In this document: in pieces, positions 22,023 through 31,368 of the stretch
Numbering within the stretch: the first letter of the stretch is position 1
Layout: the number at the start of each line of letters is the position of its first letter
Source of the DNA: an uncultured Planctomycetota bacterium
GTDB lineage: Bacteria; Planctomycetota; Planctomycetia; Gemmatales; Gemmataceae
DNA length: 64,000 bases
Assembly: GCA_963849325.1 (NCBI GenBank)
Contig: CAWKHF010000002.1
Location: forward strand, 416,001-480,000
Direction of reading: 5' to 3'
The notes under the pieces: model-generated
Databases searched by the model: none
What the model saw: only the letters and a program-made list of their open reading frames with translations
What the model was told of the DNA's origin: nothing
Program-made: the position numbers and the translations under genes

Positions 22023-23051
22023 GTGAAGGCACCGAAATGTTCGCTGTTGCTGGTCGATGACGAGCCGTACATCCTTCCGAGCCTGGCTGCCTTGCTGGAG
22101 CCGGAATTCGAGGTGGTCACGGCGGACGGCGTCGAGTCCGCCCGCGACGTCCTCGCCCGGCAAGCATTCGATGTCATCCTGACTGACCAGAAGATGCCGC
22201 GGCAGACCGGCATTCAACTGCTCGAATGGGTCCGCGAACATCATCCGCGCACCGTCCGGCTGCTGATGACCGGCTACGCCGACCTGGAAGACGCCGTCGA
22301 TGCGATCAACCGTGGCCAGGTTTACCACTACTTGCTCAAACCCTGGCGGACGGAGGAGCTTCTGCAAGTCCTCCGCAACGCGGCCGAGAAGTGCATGCTC
22401 GAACGCAGCCGCGACGAACTTCTCGAACAATTGCGGCAGCTCAACAGCGAGTTGGAACGGCGCGTGGCCGAACGGACGCGGGCGCTGGAAGAAGCCAATC
22501 ATCTGCTCGAACAGCGGGCCCAGGAGTTGGAACGGCTGGCCTTGACCGACCCGCTGACGGGCCTGTTCAACCGCCGGGCGATGGAGGAGCTGGCTCGCTT
22601 CGAGCTGAAGCGACACGCGCGCTATCCCAGTCCGCTGACGATCGGACTGATCGACATCGATCGCTTCAAGGAGATCAATACACGCTTTTTGTTGCCGGGC
22701 GGCGACGAGGCCTTGAGGGGTCTGGTGCGCATCCTGACGAGTTCGCTCCGCGAGGTTGACTCGGTCGGCCGCATCGGCGGCGACGAGTTTCTGATCATCG
22801 CACCGGCGACGAATGAGGAAGGGGCTACCCGACTGGCCGAGCGTATTCGAGCCACGGTGGCCGCGACAACCATCCCTTACCAGGACCAATCGATCCGGAT
22901 CTCGGTCAGTGTCAGTTTCGCCGTGGCCGAGGTTGGCGCGGCGAGCGATTTCGATTTGATGTACCGGCAGGCGGCCAGCGCCATCAAGGACGCCAAGGAC
23001 AAAGGCCGGAATTGCTTCGCCGTCTGCCGCATTCCCGCGCCGCCCTCCTGA
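22023..23051 (+). CDS. Response-regulator diguanylate cyclase (REC, coiled coil, GGDEF)
   Basis: LLVDDE, ILTDQKMP, LLKPW; TDPLTGLFNRR, DIDRFK, I-site REVD, GGDEF. Confidence 0.95.
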   Translation: MKAPKCSLLLVDDEPYILPSLAALLEPEFEVVTADGVESARDVLARQAFDVILTDQKMPRQTGIQLLEWVREHHPRTVRLLMTGYADLEDAVDAINRGQVYHYLLKPWRTEELLQVLRNAAEKCMLERSRDELLEQLRQLNSELERRVAERTRALEEANHLLEQRAQELERLALTDPLTGLFNRRAMEELARFELKRHARYPSPLTIGLIDIDRFKEINTRFLLPGGDEALRGLVRILTSSLREVDSVGRIGGDEFLIIAPATNEEGATRLAERIRATVAATTIPYQDQSIRISVSVSFAVAEVGAASDFDLMYRQAASAIKDAKDKGRNCFAVCRIPAPPS

Positions 23052-23068
23052 CCGGCCGTTTACTTCGG

Positions 23069-23824
23069 CTATCTGTCCAGAAGGGAGAGGACCGAGCTGA
23101 GGGCCAGCAGTTGCTTGGCCGCCCCGCGCGTCTGTCCGGCCAAACGCCACAACTCCGCCAGGAGCGCGGGATGCCGGAACACGGCCCCCGCCAATCGCAC
23201 GGGCGAAACGCGGCCCCGGCGCAGCAGGTCCACCAGATGAGGTGACAATGACGTGTTCAGGTCATCCGAGATGACGCGCACGCAGGCGAAGGGAATGCCG
23301 TGTTCGTGGCACAGGTGGGCGACGACGGCGGTTTCCATGTCCACGGCGAGCGCCTGATACTCCCATCCGAGCCGCTGCTTCCACTGTGGATCGCCGATCA
23401 ATTCTGACGCGGTCAACAAGCGGCCGCTGCTGAACGAGGGGCCGTCAGCGAAAGCCGCTGCCGGAGCAACAGGCCAGCAATTCCCGCGTTGATCGAGGAT
23501 TTCCGTCGCCAGGATGAGGTCGCCGACACGCTGTTCCGGCCGTAACGCTCCCGAGAAGCCAGCAGACAAAACCAGGCGAGGACGATACGGAACGTCGCCG
23601 AAGCGTGGCGTCGCGAGACACCAGCGCAGGGCGTTCTCCATCGCCCGTGCCCCGAGTCCGGTCTCCAGCATCAACACCGTCTGGGATGGGGGACCGCGAA
23701 ACTCGGCGCGGCAGGGCGCGCCGGAGAAAGATTGCTGATAGGGGTAGGCGCGCCGGAAGTACATCGACTCCCGGCGCAAGGCGAAGACGAGACAAGGATC
23801 GGTAATCGCGCTGTCCGCGGTCAT
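23069..23824 (-). CDS. hpnG: Hopanoid-associated nucleosidase/phosphorylase (HpnG-like)
   Basis: SAGFSGAL, AVDMET, VRVISDD; TGATG coupling to the hpnH stop. Confidence 0.75.
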   Translation of the reverse strand: MTADSAITDPCLVFALRRESMYFRRAYPYQQSFSGAPCRAEFRGPPSQTVLMLETGLGARAMENALRWCLATPRFGDVPYRPRLVLSAGFSGALRPEQRVGDLILATEILDQRGNCWPVAPAAAFADGPSFSSGRLLTASELIGDPQWKQRLGWEYQALAVDMETAVVAHLCHEHGIPFACVRVISDDLNTSLSPHLVDLLRRGRVSPVRLAGAVFRHPALLAELWRLAGQTRGAAKQLLALSSVLSLLDR

Positions 23825-24846
23825 CAGGTCAGTTGCCACATCAGCATTTTGAGGCTGTCGGCCAACTTCGCGTTGACGCCGAGAGCGGCGGAGGTCTCGA
23901 AGCCGCAGTGCATCATGCAGTGCTCGCAGCGCGGATCCTTGCCGTGGCCGTACTTCTCCCAGTTGGTGTTCTCCATCAGGTCGGCGAAGCTGTCGTGGTG
24001 CTCGTCGGTGATGAGATAGCACGGCCCCTTCCAGCCCTTGACGTTCCGCGTCGGATTGCCCCAGGCCGTGCAGCTCAGCTCGCGTTTGCCGCTGAGAAAC
24101 TCCAGGTAGATCGGCGAAGACATCATGCGGTACTTGACGAGCAGCTTTTCGGCCTCCTGGAACTTGGCGCGGATGTCGTCGCGCGTCAGGAAAATCTCGG
24201 CCGCGCCCTTGGGGTTGGTCTTCTGGACCGCCGTGTAGCCGTAGGCCGGCGACAGCATGAAGCCATCGACGCTTCAGCGACTTCAGGTAGGCGAACAGCT
24301 GGTCGATCTCGTCGAGGTTGGTTTCCTTGTAGATGGTCGTGTTGGTGCAGACCAGGAAGCCGGCCTTCTTGGCGGCGACGATGCCCTCGACGGCGGCCTG
24401 GAAAACGCCCGGACGCTCGACGGCCAGGTCGTGCGTCTGCTCCAGGCCGTCGAGGTGGACGTTGAAGAAGAAGCGGCTGGTCGGCCGAAACTCGTGCAGC
24501 CGCTTGCGGATGAACATGCCGTTGGTGCAGAGGTAAATGTGCTTGCGCCGGCGGAGGATGCCGCGCACCAGGGCGCCGATCTCCGGGTAGATCATCGGCT
24601 CGCCGCCGCAGATGCTGACGATGGGCGCGCCGGCCTCATCGACCGCTGCAAGGCACTCGCGCGACGGTCAGTTTTTCCTTGATCGTCTGCGAGTATTCGC
24701 GGATGCGGCCGCAGCCGGTGCAGGTCAGGTTGCAGGCGTGCAGCGGCTCGAGCATCAGCACCAGGGGATAGCGCTTCGCGCCGCGACAGCTTCTTGCGGG
24801 CCATGTAGCCCACCATGGTCGTCGTCAGACTCAGCGGGAAACGCAT
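23824..24846 (-). CDS. hpnH: Adenosyl-hopene transferase, radical SAM (frameshifted)
   Basis: LEPLHACNLTCTGCGRIREY, HIYLCTNG, CTAWGNPTRNVKGWKGPCYL, DPRCEHCMMHCGFE. Confidence 0.92.
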
Positions 24847-24871
24847 GGACAAAACCTCCGAACGGATCGCA

Positions 24872-24977
24872 ACCGTCAAGACGCCAAGCAAAGACGGAGG
24901 ATCAAGTGTAGTACGAGGGGGATGAGAGATTCCGTAGCTCTCTTTCTTCTCTTGGCGTCCTTGGCGTCTTGGCGGTT
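24872..24977. repeat. Inverted pair of (CCAAGACG/CCAAGGACG)-type repeats overlapping the shc 3' end
   Basis: accgtcaagacgccaag near 24872 versus cttggcgtccttggcgtcttggcggt near 24951-24976. Confidence 0.6.
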
Positions 24978-26927
24978 CGATCATAGCGAGCCAGGGCCAT
25001 GAGCGGGAAGTACAGGCGGTAAAGGTGATATTTCAGGTAGAAGACCTTGGGGAAGCCGGTGCCGGTGAACGGTCTTCGCGCCAGTTGCCGTCCTCGTCCT
25101 GCGTGGTCAGTAGGTAATCGATGCCACCGCGGACCGCGTCGCTGTCGTGCCTCGCCGGCGGCCATCAGGGCGAGCAGCGCCCAGGCGGTCTGCGACGCCG
25201 TCGGCGTCCCCTGTGCCGGCCAGCGTGGGGTCGTCGTAGCTGCGGCAGGTTTCGCCCCAGCCGCCGCCGGCTGCTGCACTTGCTCGCAGCCAGGCCACGG
25301 CGCGGCGCACCATCGGGTCTTGCATGTCGAAGCCGATGCTGCGCAGGCCGCACAGCACCTGCCAGGTGCCGTAGATGTAATTGACGCCCCAGCGGCCGAT
25401 CCAGCAGCCGGACTCCTCCTGCGTTTTCCGCAGAAAGACGAGGGCGCGGCGCACCTGCGGATGATCGCATGCCGAAGCCGTAATGGCCCAGCGCTTCCAG
25501 GACGCGGGCGGTGATGTCGGGACAGCTCGGGTCGAGCATGGCGTTGTGGTCGGCGAACGGCACGTGCGTCAGGACTTCGCGGTTGATGTCGCGGTCGAAG
25601 GCCGCCCAGCCGCCGTCGCGGTTCTGCATGCCCAACAGCCAGCGCAGGCCGCGCTCGGCGGCCGGGCCGGCCGTCGGTCGTGTTCGCCTGCCCCGTCTTC
25701 GCCAGCGCCATCAGCACCATCGCCGTGTCGTCGGTGTCGGGGTAGAAGGCGTTGCGGTACTCGAAGAACCAGCCGCCCGGCTCCAGTGCCGGGTTGGTCA
25801 GGCTCCAGTCGCCCTGCTGACGCACTTCGCTTGGCAAGCAGCCAGCGGGCGGCCTGCTGGATGGCGGGGTGCTCGCGCGGACAGCCCAGCATCGGCCAGG
25901 GCGTTGAGGCTCAGGGCCGTGTCCCACACCGGCGAGAAGCACGGCTGCAAGCGCAGCGTGTCGTCTTCCTCGATCATCAGGTCTTCGAGCTGCTTCAGGG
26001 CCCAGCGCATCTCGGGAGCATCGTCGGGGACGCCCAGGCAGCGCAGGGCGACGACGGTGTAGATCATCGGCGGGAAGATGGCGCCGAGGCCGTCGCTGTC
26101 GTCGAGGTGCTCGCGCATCCAGGCGGCGGCTCGGCGGAGGGCGAGGCGACGAATCGGCCCCAGCCACGGCTCGACCTTCTTGTAGAGGCCGTCGACGCCG
26201 AGGAAGAAGTTGGTCCAGCTCAGCCAGCGCCGCGCGGGCTGCGCCGGCCAGAGCGAGCGTCTGCGGCGGCCGCAGGAACAGTTCGCGATGCCTTTTTCGG
26301 CGGGCAGTTGCCGCACCGGCTTGCACGCCGAGAAGATGCTGAGCGGCACGACGATGGTGCGCGTCCAGCTCGACATGGCGTAGAGGTTGACGTAGACCCA
26401 GCGCGGCAGCAGCACCATCTCCGGCGGCACCGAGGCGCAGTTGCCGTAGGGGAACTGGCCCAGCAGGGCGAGGTAGAACTTCGTGAAGCTGTTGCAGCCG
26501 GCGGCGCCGCCGAGGGCGCGGATGACCTGCGCGGGCCCGACGCATGTACGGCGCGTCGGGGTCGTGGCCGGTCAGCTTGAGGGCGAAGTAGGCCTTGACC
26601 GAGACGCTCAGGTCGGCCGGGCCGCCGGGGTAGTTGCTCCAGCCGCCCTCCGCCATCTGCTGCCGTAGGACGTAGCGGGCGGCCTTGCGGCAGACCTCCG
26701 CTGTCCTCGCGGCCGAGGAAGGCCATGAGCAGGACGTATTCGGATTCGAGGATGGTGTCGCCCTGCAGCTCGCCGACCCAGTGGCCGTCGTCCTGCTGCT
26801 GGTCCAGCAGGCAGCGGCGAGCGGCGTCGATGCCGCGACGCAGAGGAGAGGAGGGGGCGGAATCGTGGCGGCGTCCGGCATCCGGCCGTCGCGGCATCGG
26901 CCGCGTCTGCGACTGTGAGCCTTTCAC
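24902..26927 (-). CDS. shc: Squalene-hopene cyclase (multiple frameshifts)
   Basis: QQQDDGHWVGELQGD, YPDTDDTA (DXDD), QNRDGGWAAFD, WIGRWGVNYIYGTW, FTGTGFPKVFYLKYHLY. Confidence 0.95.
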
Positions 26928-27092
26928 GGGAATCCTTTCCGCTTCCTTCGACTATTCTCCCTCGACCCGGAGGGTCCGCGTAATGTACCCGCTCGCCGCG
27001 AAACGCCGCAAGATGAACTCGCCGCTCTTGCCGATGCCTGTTCTGGTCCCCACGACGCGCCGGCTGATACAATCGGGGACGGGAGGTCCATC

Positions 27093-27436
27093 GTGAACGC
27101 ATCCGCATCCGCAAGCACATTGACTCGGACACGCCGTATCTGCCGGAACTCCGGCCACTGATCGGCAAGACCGTTGAGATCATCGTTCTCGATGAAACGG
27201 TCGGCCCAGAAGGCAAGCAGTTGGAGACGGAAGAAACCTTCTTTGGTCTGGCCCCGCCGCCGCCGACGCCGGAAGAGCAAACGGCGTACTTGGCGAAGTT
27301 CCGCGCCATGCGCGACAATCCGGCCTATACGAAACTATGGCCTTACCTTGATCTGCTCCTGACGGGGCAACTCGATATCGACGTAGACGAGGTAGTTCAA
27401 GCCCGTGGAATGACCGCCCATGATTCTGACCGATAG
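27093..27436 (+). CDS. Putative antitoxin-like small protein (frameshift near start)
   Basis: GGAGG SD; IRIRKHIDSDTPYLPELRPLIGKTVEIIVLDE..; 3' end overlaps a PIN-like start. Confidence 0.55.
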
Positions 27437-27450
27437 TTCCATCCTGATCC

Positions 27451-27539
27451 GTCAGATTGGACGACCAGGACCGGGAAGGGTTTCGTCGTTTCCAAGTTGG
27501 AATTGGGGGACAATGCCAGGAGAACTTCTCCGCGTTCAT
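27451..27539 (-). pseudogene. Truncated PemK/MazF-family toxin fragment
   Basis: After a 1-nt shift reads M.RGEVLLALSPNSNLETTKPFPVLVVQSD, like the MazF start MKRGDVV..KxRPxLVVQ; ATGA overlap with the upstream antitoxin. Confidence 0.6.
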
Positions 27540-27766
27540 ACGTCATTGTAAACATCCATTTCCGGTCGATCCCAGTCCTCCGCAGCCGCTCCCCAGCGCG
27601 ACCGTAGTTCCGCAGTCTCCGCCTCGTCGATGCCGTGCGCCCGCAAGTCGATGCTTCCTTCGATGGGAAGGAACGTCACCACGACACGCGCCTCTTTCAC
27701 GTCCGGCGGCGTTTCCAACAGTTCGATTTTGCCGTGCCGATAAATGCCCTCAACCGCTTTCAGCAT
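27536..27766 (-). CDS. Antitoxin-like protein (DUF104/AF2212-like N-terminus)
   Basis: GGAGG SD; MLKAVEGIYRHGKIELLETP..VVVTFL..EDWDRPEMDVYN. Confidence 0.7.
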   Translation of the reverse strand: MLKAVEGIYRHGKIELLETPPDVKEARVVVTFLPIEGSIDLRAHGIDEAETAELRSRWGAAAEDWDRPEMDVYNDV

Positions 27767-28079
27767 GTACGTTTCCTCCAGCAAAGTTTGAGACCCCTTG
27801 TGCGGGATCGTTTGCGTTCTACTGATCGGTGCGCAAAGGACGCTGGGCTGGAATTGTGGACCTAAGATGCGCATTTCGCCGCGATGGCCGCCCTATTGTC
27901 CGGCTTGAGGCTGTTTCACGAGCCGCCGTGAGGAAGGCTTCGAGATACGAGGGCAAGGGAAGGCGCTAAGAACCTTTTTGCATAGCAAAAGTATTAAAAT
28001 GGTTCCTGATATCTTTTTTCCCCCAAATGCCGCGATCTCTGCCAGTCACAACCGCGATTGGTCATCGGACATGCATCGC

Positions 28080-31000
28080 TTACCCCTTCTTTCTCCCCTT
28101 CTTCGAGCCGATCTCGTTGCCGAAGAGGTCCGTGGGGATGGCGTTGCCGAACAGGTCTGCAGGCCGATCCTTCACCGACTTCTCTGGGGGCGACAGCGCT
28201 TCCGCCTTCTCCTCGTCGGTCAGCTTCTGGGATTCTGGAGCCGGTTTCATCGGCCGACCAAGCACCTGATAGGCCCGCGCCGTCGCCATCCGGCCACGCC
28301 GCGTCCGCACGATGAATTGCTCCCGCAGCAGGTACGGCTCGATCTCGTCGCTGAGGGTATCAACCGGCAGGCTCATGCTGGCCGCCAGGGATTCGACACC
28401 GACCGGCCCGCCGCCGTGTACGCCGACCAGTATTTCCAGATAACGGCGGTCCTGTTTATCCAGTCCATCGCGATCGACCTCGGCCATGTCCAGGGCGGCG
28501 CGGGCGATGTCGAAGGTGATGCGGCCATCGTCCTCGCTGGCGGCAAAGCTCCGCGCCCACCACAGCCGGGCGTTGGCGAGGCGCGGCGTGCCGCGACTGC
28601 GCCGCGCCAGCTCAAGGGCCGCATCGTCGGTGATCGAGGTTTGCAGCTTGCAGGCATTGATGCGCACGATCTCGGCCAACTCCTCAACGGTGTAATACTC
28701 AAGGTGCTCGTGCATCTTGAAGCGATCGCGCAGCGGTCCAGACATCATTCCGCTGCGGGTGGTCGCCCCGATCAGCGTGAACGGTTTCAGACGCAGGTTG
28801 ATTGTCCGCGCATTCATGCCTTCGCCGAGTACAATATCGAAGCGGAAATCCTTCATTGCTGGATAGATCAACTCCTCGACAAGACGCGGCATCCGGTGGA
28901 TTTCGTCGATGAACAGCACCGAGCCTTCCTCGACGTTGGTGAGAAAGGTCAACAGATCGGCCGGCTTAGTTAGCGCCGAGCCGCTGGTCATTTGGATCGA
29001 CGTGCCCAGTTCGTTGGCCAGTGCGTTAGCGAAGGTGGTCTTGCCCATTCCCGGCGGGCCGTCGAACAAGATGTGCGATAGCGGCTCCTTGAGTTTTTTA
29101 CAGGCGTTCAGGACGATGCTCAGGCGCTGGACGATCGCTTGTTGGCCGATGATTTCGCGCAGCCATCGCGGCCGCAGCGACGCATCGCGCCGCCGCGATT
29201 CCTCGTCGCCGCCAGATTGCACGATGGCTTGAGGTGCCGTGTAGGAGCCTCGCACGTCTTCCACCTGTTTGAGAGATTCAACCCAGGAAGGGATAGTGCC
29301 GATCGAGTACTTCCGAATTATCGACTGAGCTTCCTGTTTAAGAGATTCAACCACGGAAGGGATGGGGGCGGCAGGGGCCGGTAGCACTGCTGGGGCGGGG
29401 CTGGGAGCCGCAGCGGGGAACAAGCCCTTGACGGAGTTGGCCGGCACCCATTCCAACATGCCGTACTGCCAGACAAAATCGGTCGGTTTCAACTGTCCGG
29501 AAGCCGCCAGTTGCTTGAGTTGAGTGGCCGTGATGGGCGCGATGGCTTGCTGGCCGTTGAGCGTGTAATGCCATTCATTCGCCGCCTTGGCGGAGACGGG
29601 GGGAAGGACGGCCGAATCGCCGAGGCTCTTGCCGGAAGGACTTCTATAAGGGGTTGCTAGATAATGCCAAGGGGGCACGACGGCCGAATCGCCGAGAGTC
29701 TTGCCGGCGGGGGGGAACAATCCTTTGATGGCGCCAGCGGGTACCCATTCGACCATGCCTTCCTGCCAAACGAGGTCGGTCGGCTTCAGCTGCCCGGAGG
29801 CCGCCAATTGCTTGAGTTGGGTGGCGCTGATGGGCGAAGCGGCGGGTTGGCCGTGGATCGTATAATGCCATTCATTCCGCATCAGGTCGGGCAGTGCAAG
29901 GCCGGAGGGAATGGCCTGATCGACCTGGAGGCCGGGTGCTGCTTGTATTTCGCTAATCCGCCGTGCCAACTCAGCCGCGTCTGTCGGGCGTTTTTCCGCT
30001 CGTGATGCCAGGCAGGATGCCAGTAAAGCGAGAAAGTCTTCACTCACTCCGCGTGAACGTACTTCATCCTGCCAATCAGCCGGCAAAGACACACTATTCA
30101 TGTCGCCGGTGAGGAGTTGATACCAGATGACACCGAGGGCGTGGACATCGTCGCGCGGGTCTGGCGGCTCCCCGTCCTTTTGTTGCGGTGAGGCGTAAAA
30201 GGGCGTGTGGGCACCTCGCAACACCGTCGGAAGCAAGTTACAGCCCACACGACTACGTTTCGCCGCCGCCAGCGCCTGACCAGCTACGACACCGCCGATG
30301 CCGAAGTCAGCTACGCGGGGAGCGTACCCTCCCTTATCGGTTCGGTTCAGGAGGATGTTCGCTGGCTTGAGATCACGATGCACGATGGGCGGATTAAGCT
30401 TGTGTGCATACGCTACAATCTCCGCTAGTCTGTATACCAATTTTGTAGCTTTTTCGACCGTGCATGCTGAAGGCGAGCGGTGCCATTGGGCGATCACTTT
30501 AGTCAAATCACCCCCAGCCACGTACTCGTACTCCAGACAGGGCGTCTCGGCGTTGAGATAGGTGTGCAAGAGTTTCACGATGCCCAGATGTTTCCCTTCG
30601 CACATGACACGGCCCAGCAAGGCTGCCTCGTTGCGGAGCACTTTGGCCGCCGTCGCATCGGTGCAGAACTTGAGAGCTGCTACCGTGTGGGGAAGGTGGG
30701 GGTTGCATGCCATCCAGACTTCCCCGAAGCCACCTACGCCGAGCAGTTCCTGTAACTCCCAATCTCCGATACCGGGCGGACGGTCTCCGGGCCGAAACCG
30801 GGGCATCTTACTGGGAAGGAGGAGGAGTAGGTCTTCGGCGCGTTGCAAGGAAAGTTCAGAAGAGAGCGATCGTCCACTCGAATCTCCGCGGCAGCGCTGG
30901 GACTGACGGATGGCGTTCGGTACGAGAGCTACATAGTCCGCTACCGCTTGGCAGACAGTCTCCAGATGTCCAGCGCCTTCCACCTGCGCAGCCAATTTGG

Positions 31001-31217
31001 CGTAGCCCTTTGTTTCGGCGACCGACAGTCGGGCTACCGCTTGCAGCTCCGCTCGCAATTGATCTTCTGGCCGGCCTCTGTTCCACCACTTCCAAACGTC
31101 TTTCGCCATGTCTGGCAAGACATCGACAGCAAAATCCCCTAATACGCCGCCTCCGGCGATGTTCAAGGCGGCTCTGGCAATGAACCGCAAGAGGGCGGGC
31201 GGCGTGTGCATGGCCAT
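28080..31217 (-). CDS. Fusion protein: N-terminal helical domain, Ser/Thr kinase, 2x GYF_2 (DUF4339), RuvB Holliday-junction ATPase
   Basis: Single open 1045-aa frame. Kinase GVGGFGEVW, AALK, HRDLKPAN, ADFG. Two WHY..GQ..PI...LKQLAASGQLKPTD.VW..GM.EWVPA. RuvB LRP..IGQ, GPPGMGKT, FIDEIHR, GATTRSG, LRDRF, SRGTPRLAN, IEPYLL..RTRRGR. Confidence 0.93.
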   Translation of the reverse strand: MAMHTPPALLRFIARAALNIAGGGVLGDFAVDVLPDMAKDVWKWWNRGRPEDQLRAELQAVARLSVAETKGYAKLAAQVEGAGHLETVCQAVADYVALVPNAIRQSQRCRGDSSGRSLSSELSLQRAEDLLLLLPSKMPRFRPGDRPPGIGDWELQELLGVGGFGEVWMACNPHLPHTVAALKFCTDATAAKVLRNEAALLGRVMCEGKHLGIVKLLHTYLNAETPCLEYEYVAGGDLTKVIAQWHRSPSACTVEKATKLVYRLAEIVAYAHKLNPPIVHRDLKPANILLNRTDKGGYAPRVADFGIGGVVAGQALAAAKRSRVGCNLLPTVLRGAHTPFYASPQQKDGEPPDPRDDVHALGVIWYQLLTGDMNSVSLPADWQDEVRSRGVSEDFLALLASCLASRAEKRPTDAAELARRISEIQAAPGLQVDQAIPSGLALPDLMRNEWHYTIHGQPAASPISATQLKQLAASGQLKPTDLVWQEGMVEWVPAGAIKGLFPPAGKTLGDSAVVPPWHYLATPYRSPSGKSLGDSAVLPPVSAKAANEWHYTLNGQQAIAPITATQLKQLAASGQLKPTDFVWQYGMLEWVPANSVKGLFPAAAPSPAPAVLPAPAAPIPSVVESLKQEAQSIIRKYSIGTIPSWVESLKQVEDVRGSYTAPQAIVQSGGDEESRRRDASLRPRWLREIIGQQAIVQRLSIVLNACKKLKEPLSHILFDGPPGMGKTTFANALANELGTSIQMTSGSALTKPADLLTFLTNVEEGSVLFIDEIHRMPRLVEELIYPAMKDFRFDIVLGEGMNARTINLRLKPFTLIGATTRSGMMSGPLRDRFKMHEHLEYYTVEELAEIVRINACKLQTSITDDAALELARRSRGTPRLANARLWWARSFAASEDDGRITFDIARAALDMAEVDRDGLDKQDRRYLEILVGVHGGGPVGVESLAASMSLPVDTLSDEIEPYLLREQFIVRTRRGRMATARAYQVLGRPMKPAPESQKLTDEEKAEALSPPEKSVKDRPADLFGNAIPTDLFGNEIGSKKGRKKG

Positions 31218-31368
31218 TCCACTCCGGCGAATTCAGGCGAATCGAGGTGTGGGTTATTGTCTGCCGAGCGGAGGTCCGTTTCAACCAAAAATATCTCGCC
31301 AAGGTTTTGGGTGCCACGCCTCCATTCCTCCATTTGGCTTGCTCTTCGATTGTGTCAGCAAAGACAAC

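Larger units (their letters stand above)
27420..27931 (+). pseudogene. Split PIN/VapC toxin relic
   Basis: N-terminus MILTDSSILI at 27420; C-terminus DAGLELWT*DAHFAAMAALLSGLRLFHEPP* at 27839-27931 with in-frame TAA at 27863; the middle is replaced by an inverted insert. Confidence 0.6.

Noticed and set aside
27996-28022. aaaatggttcctgatatctttttt as a repeat end or attachment site
   Set aside because: Single copy in the window with no partner; it cannot be supported without a genome-wide search
28080-29190. Annotating this segment as the ordinary housekeeping ruvB
   Set aside because: It is in frame with upstream kinase and GYF domains, has no evident separate RBS/start, has no ruvA or ruvC neighbours, and has an altered signature motif
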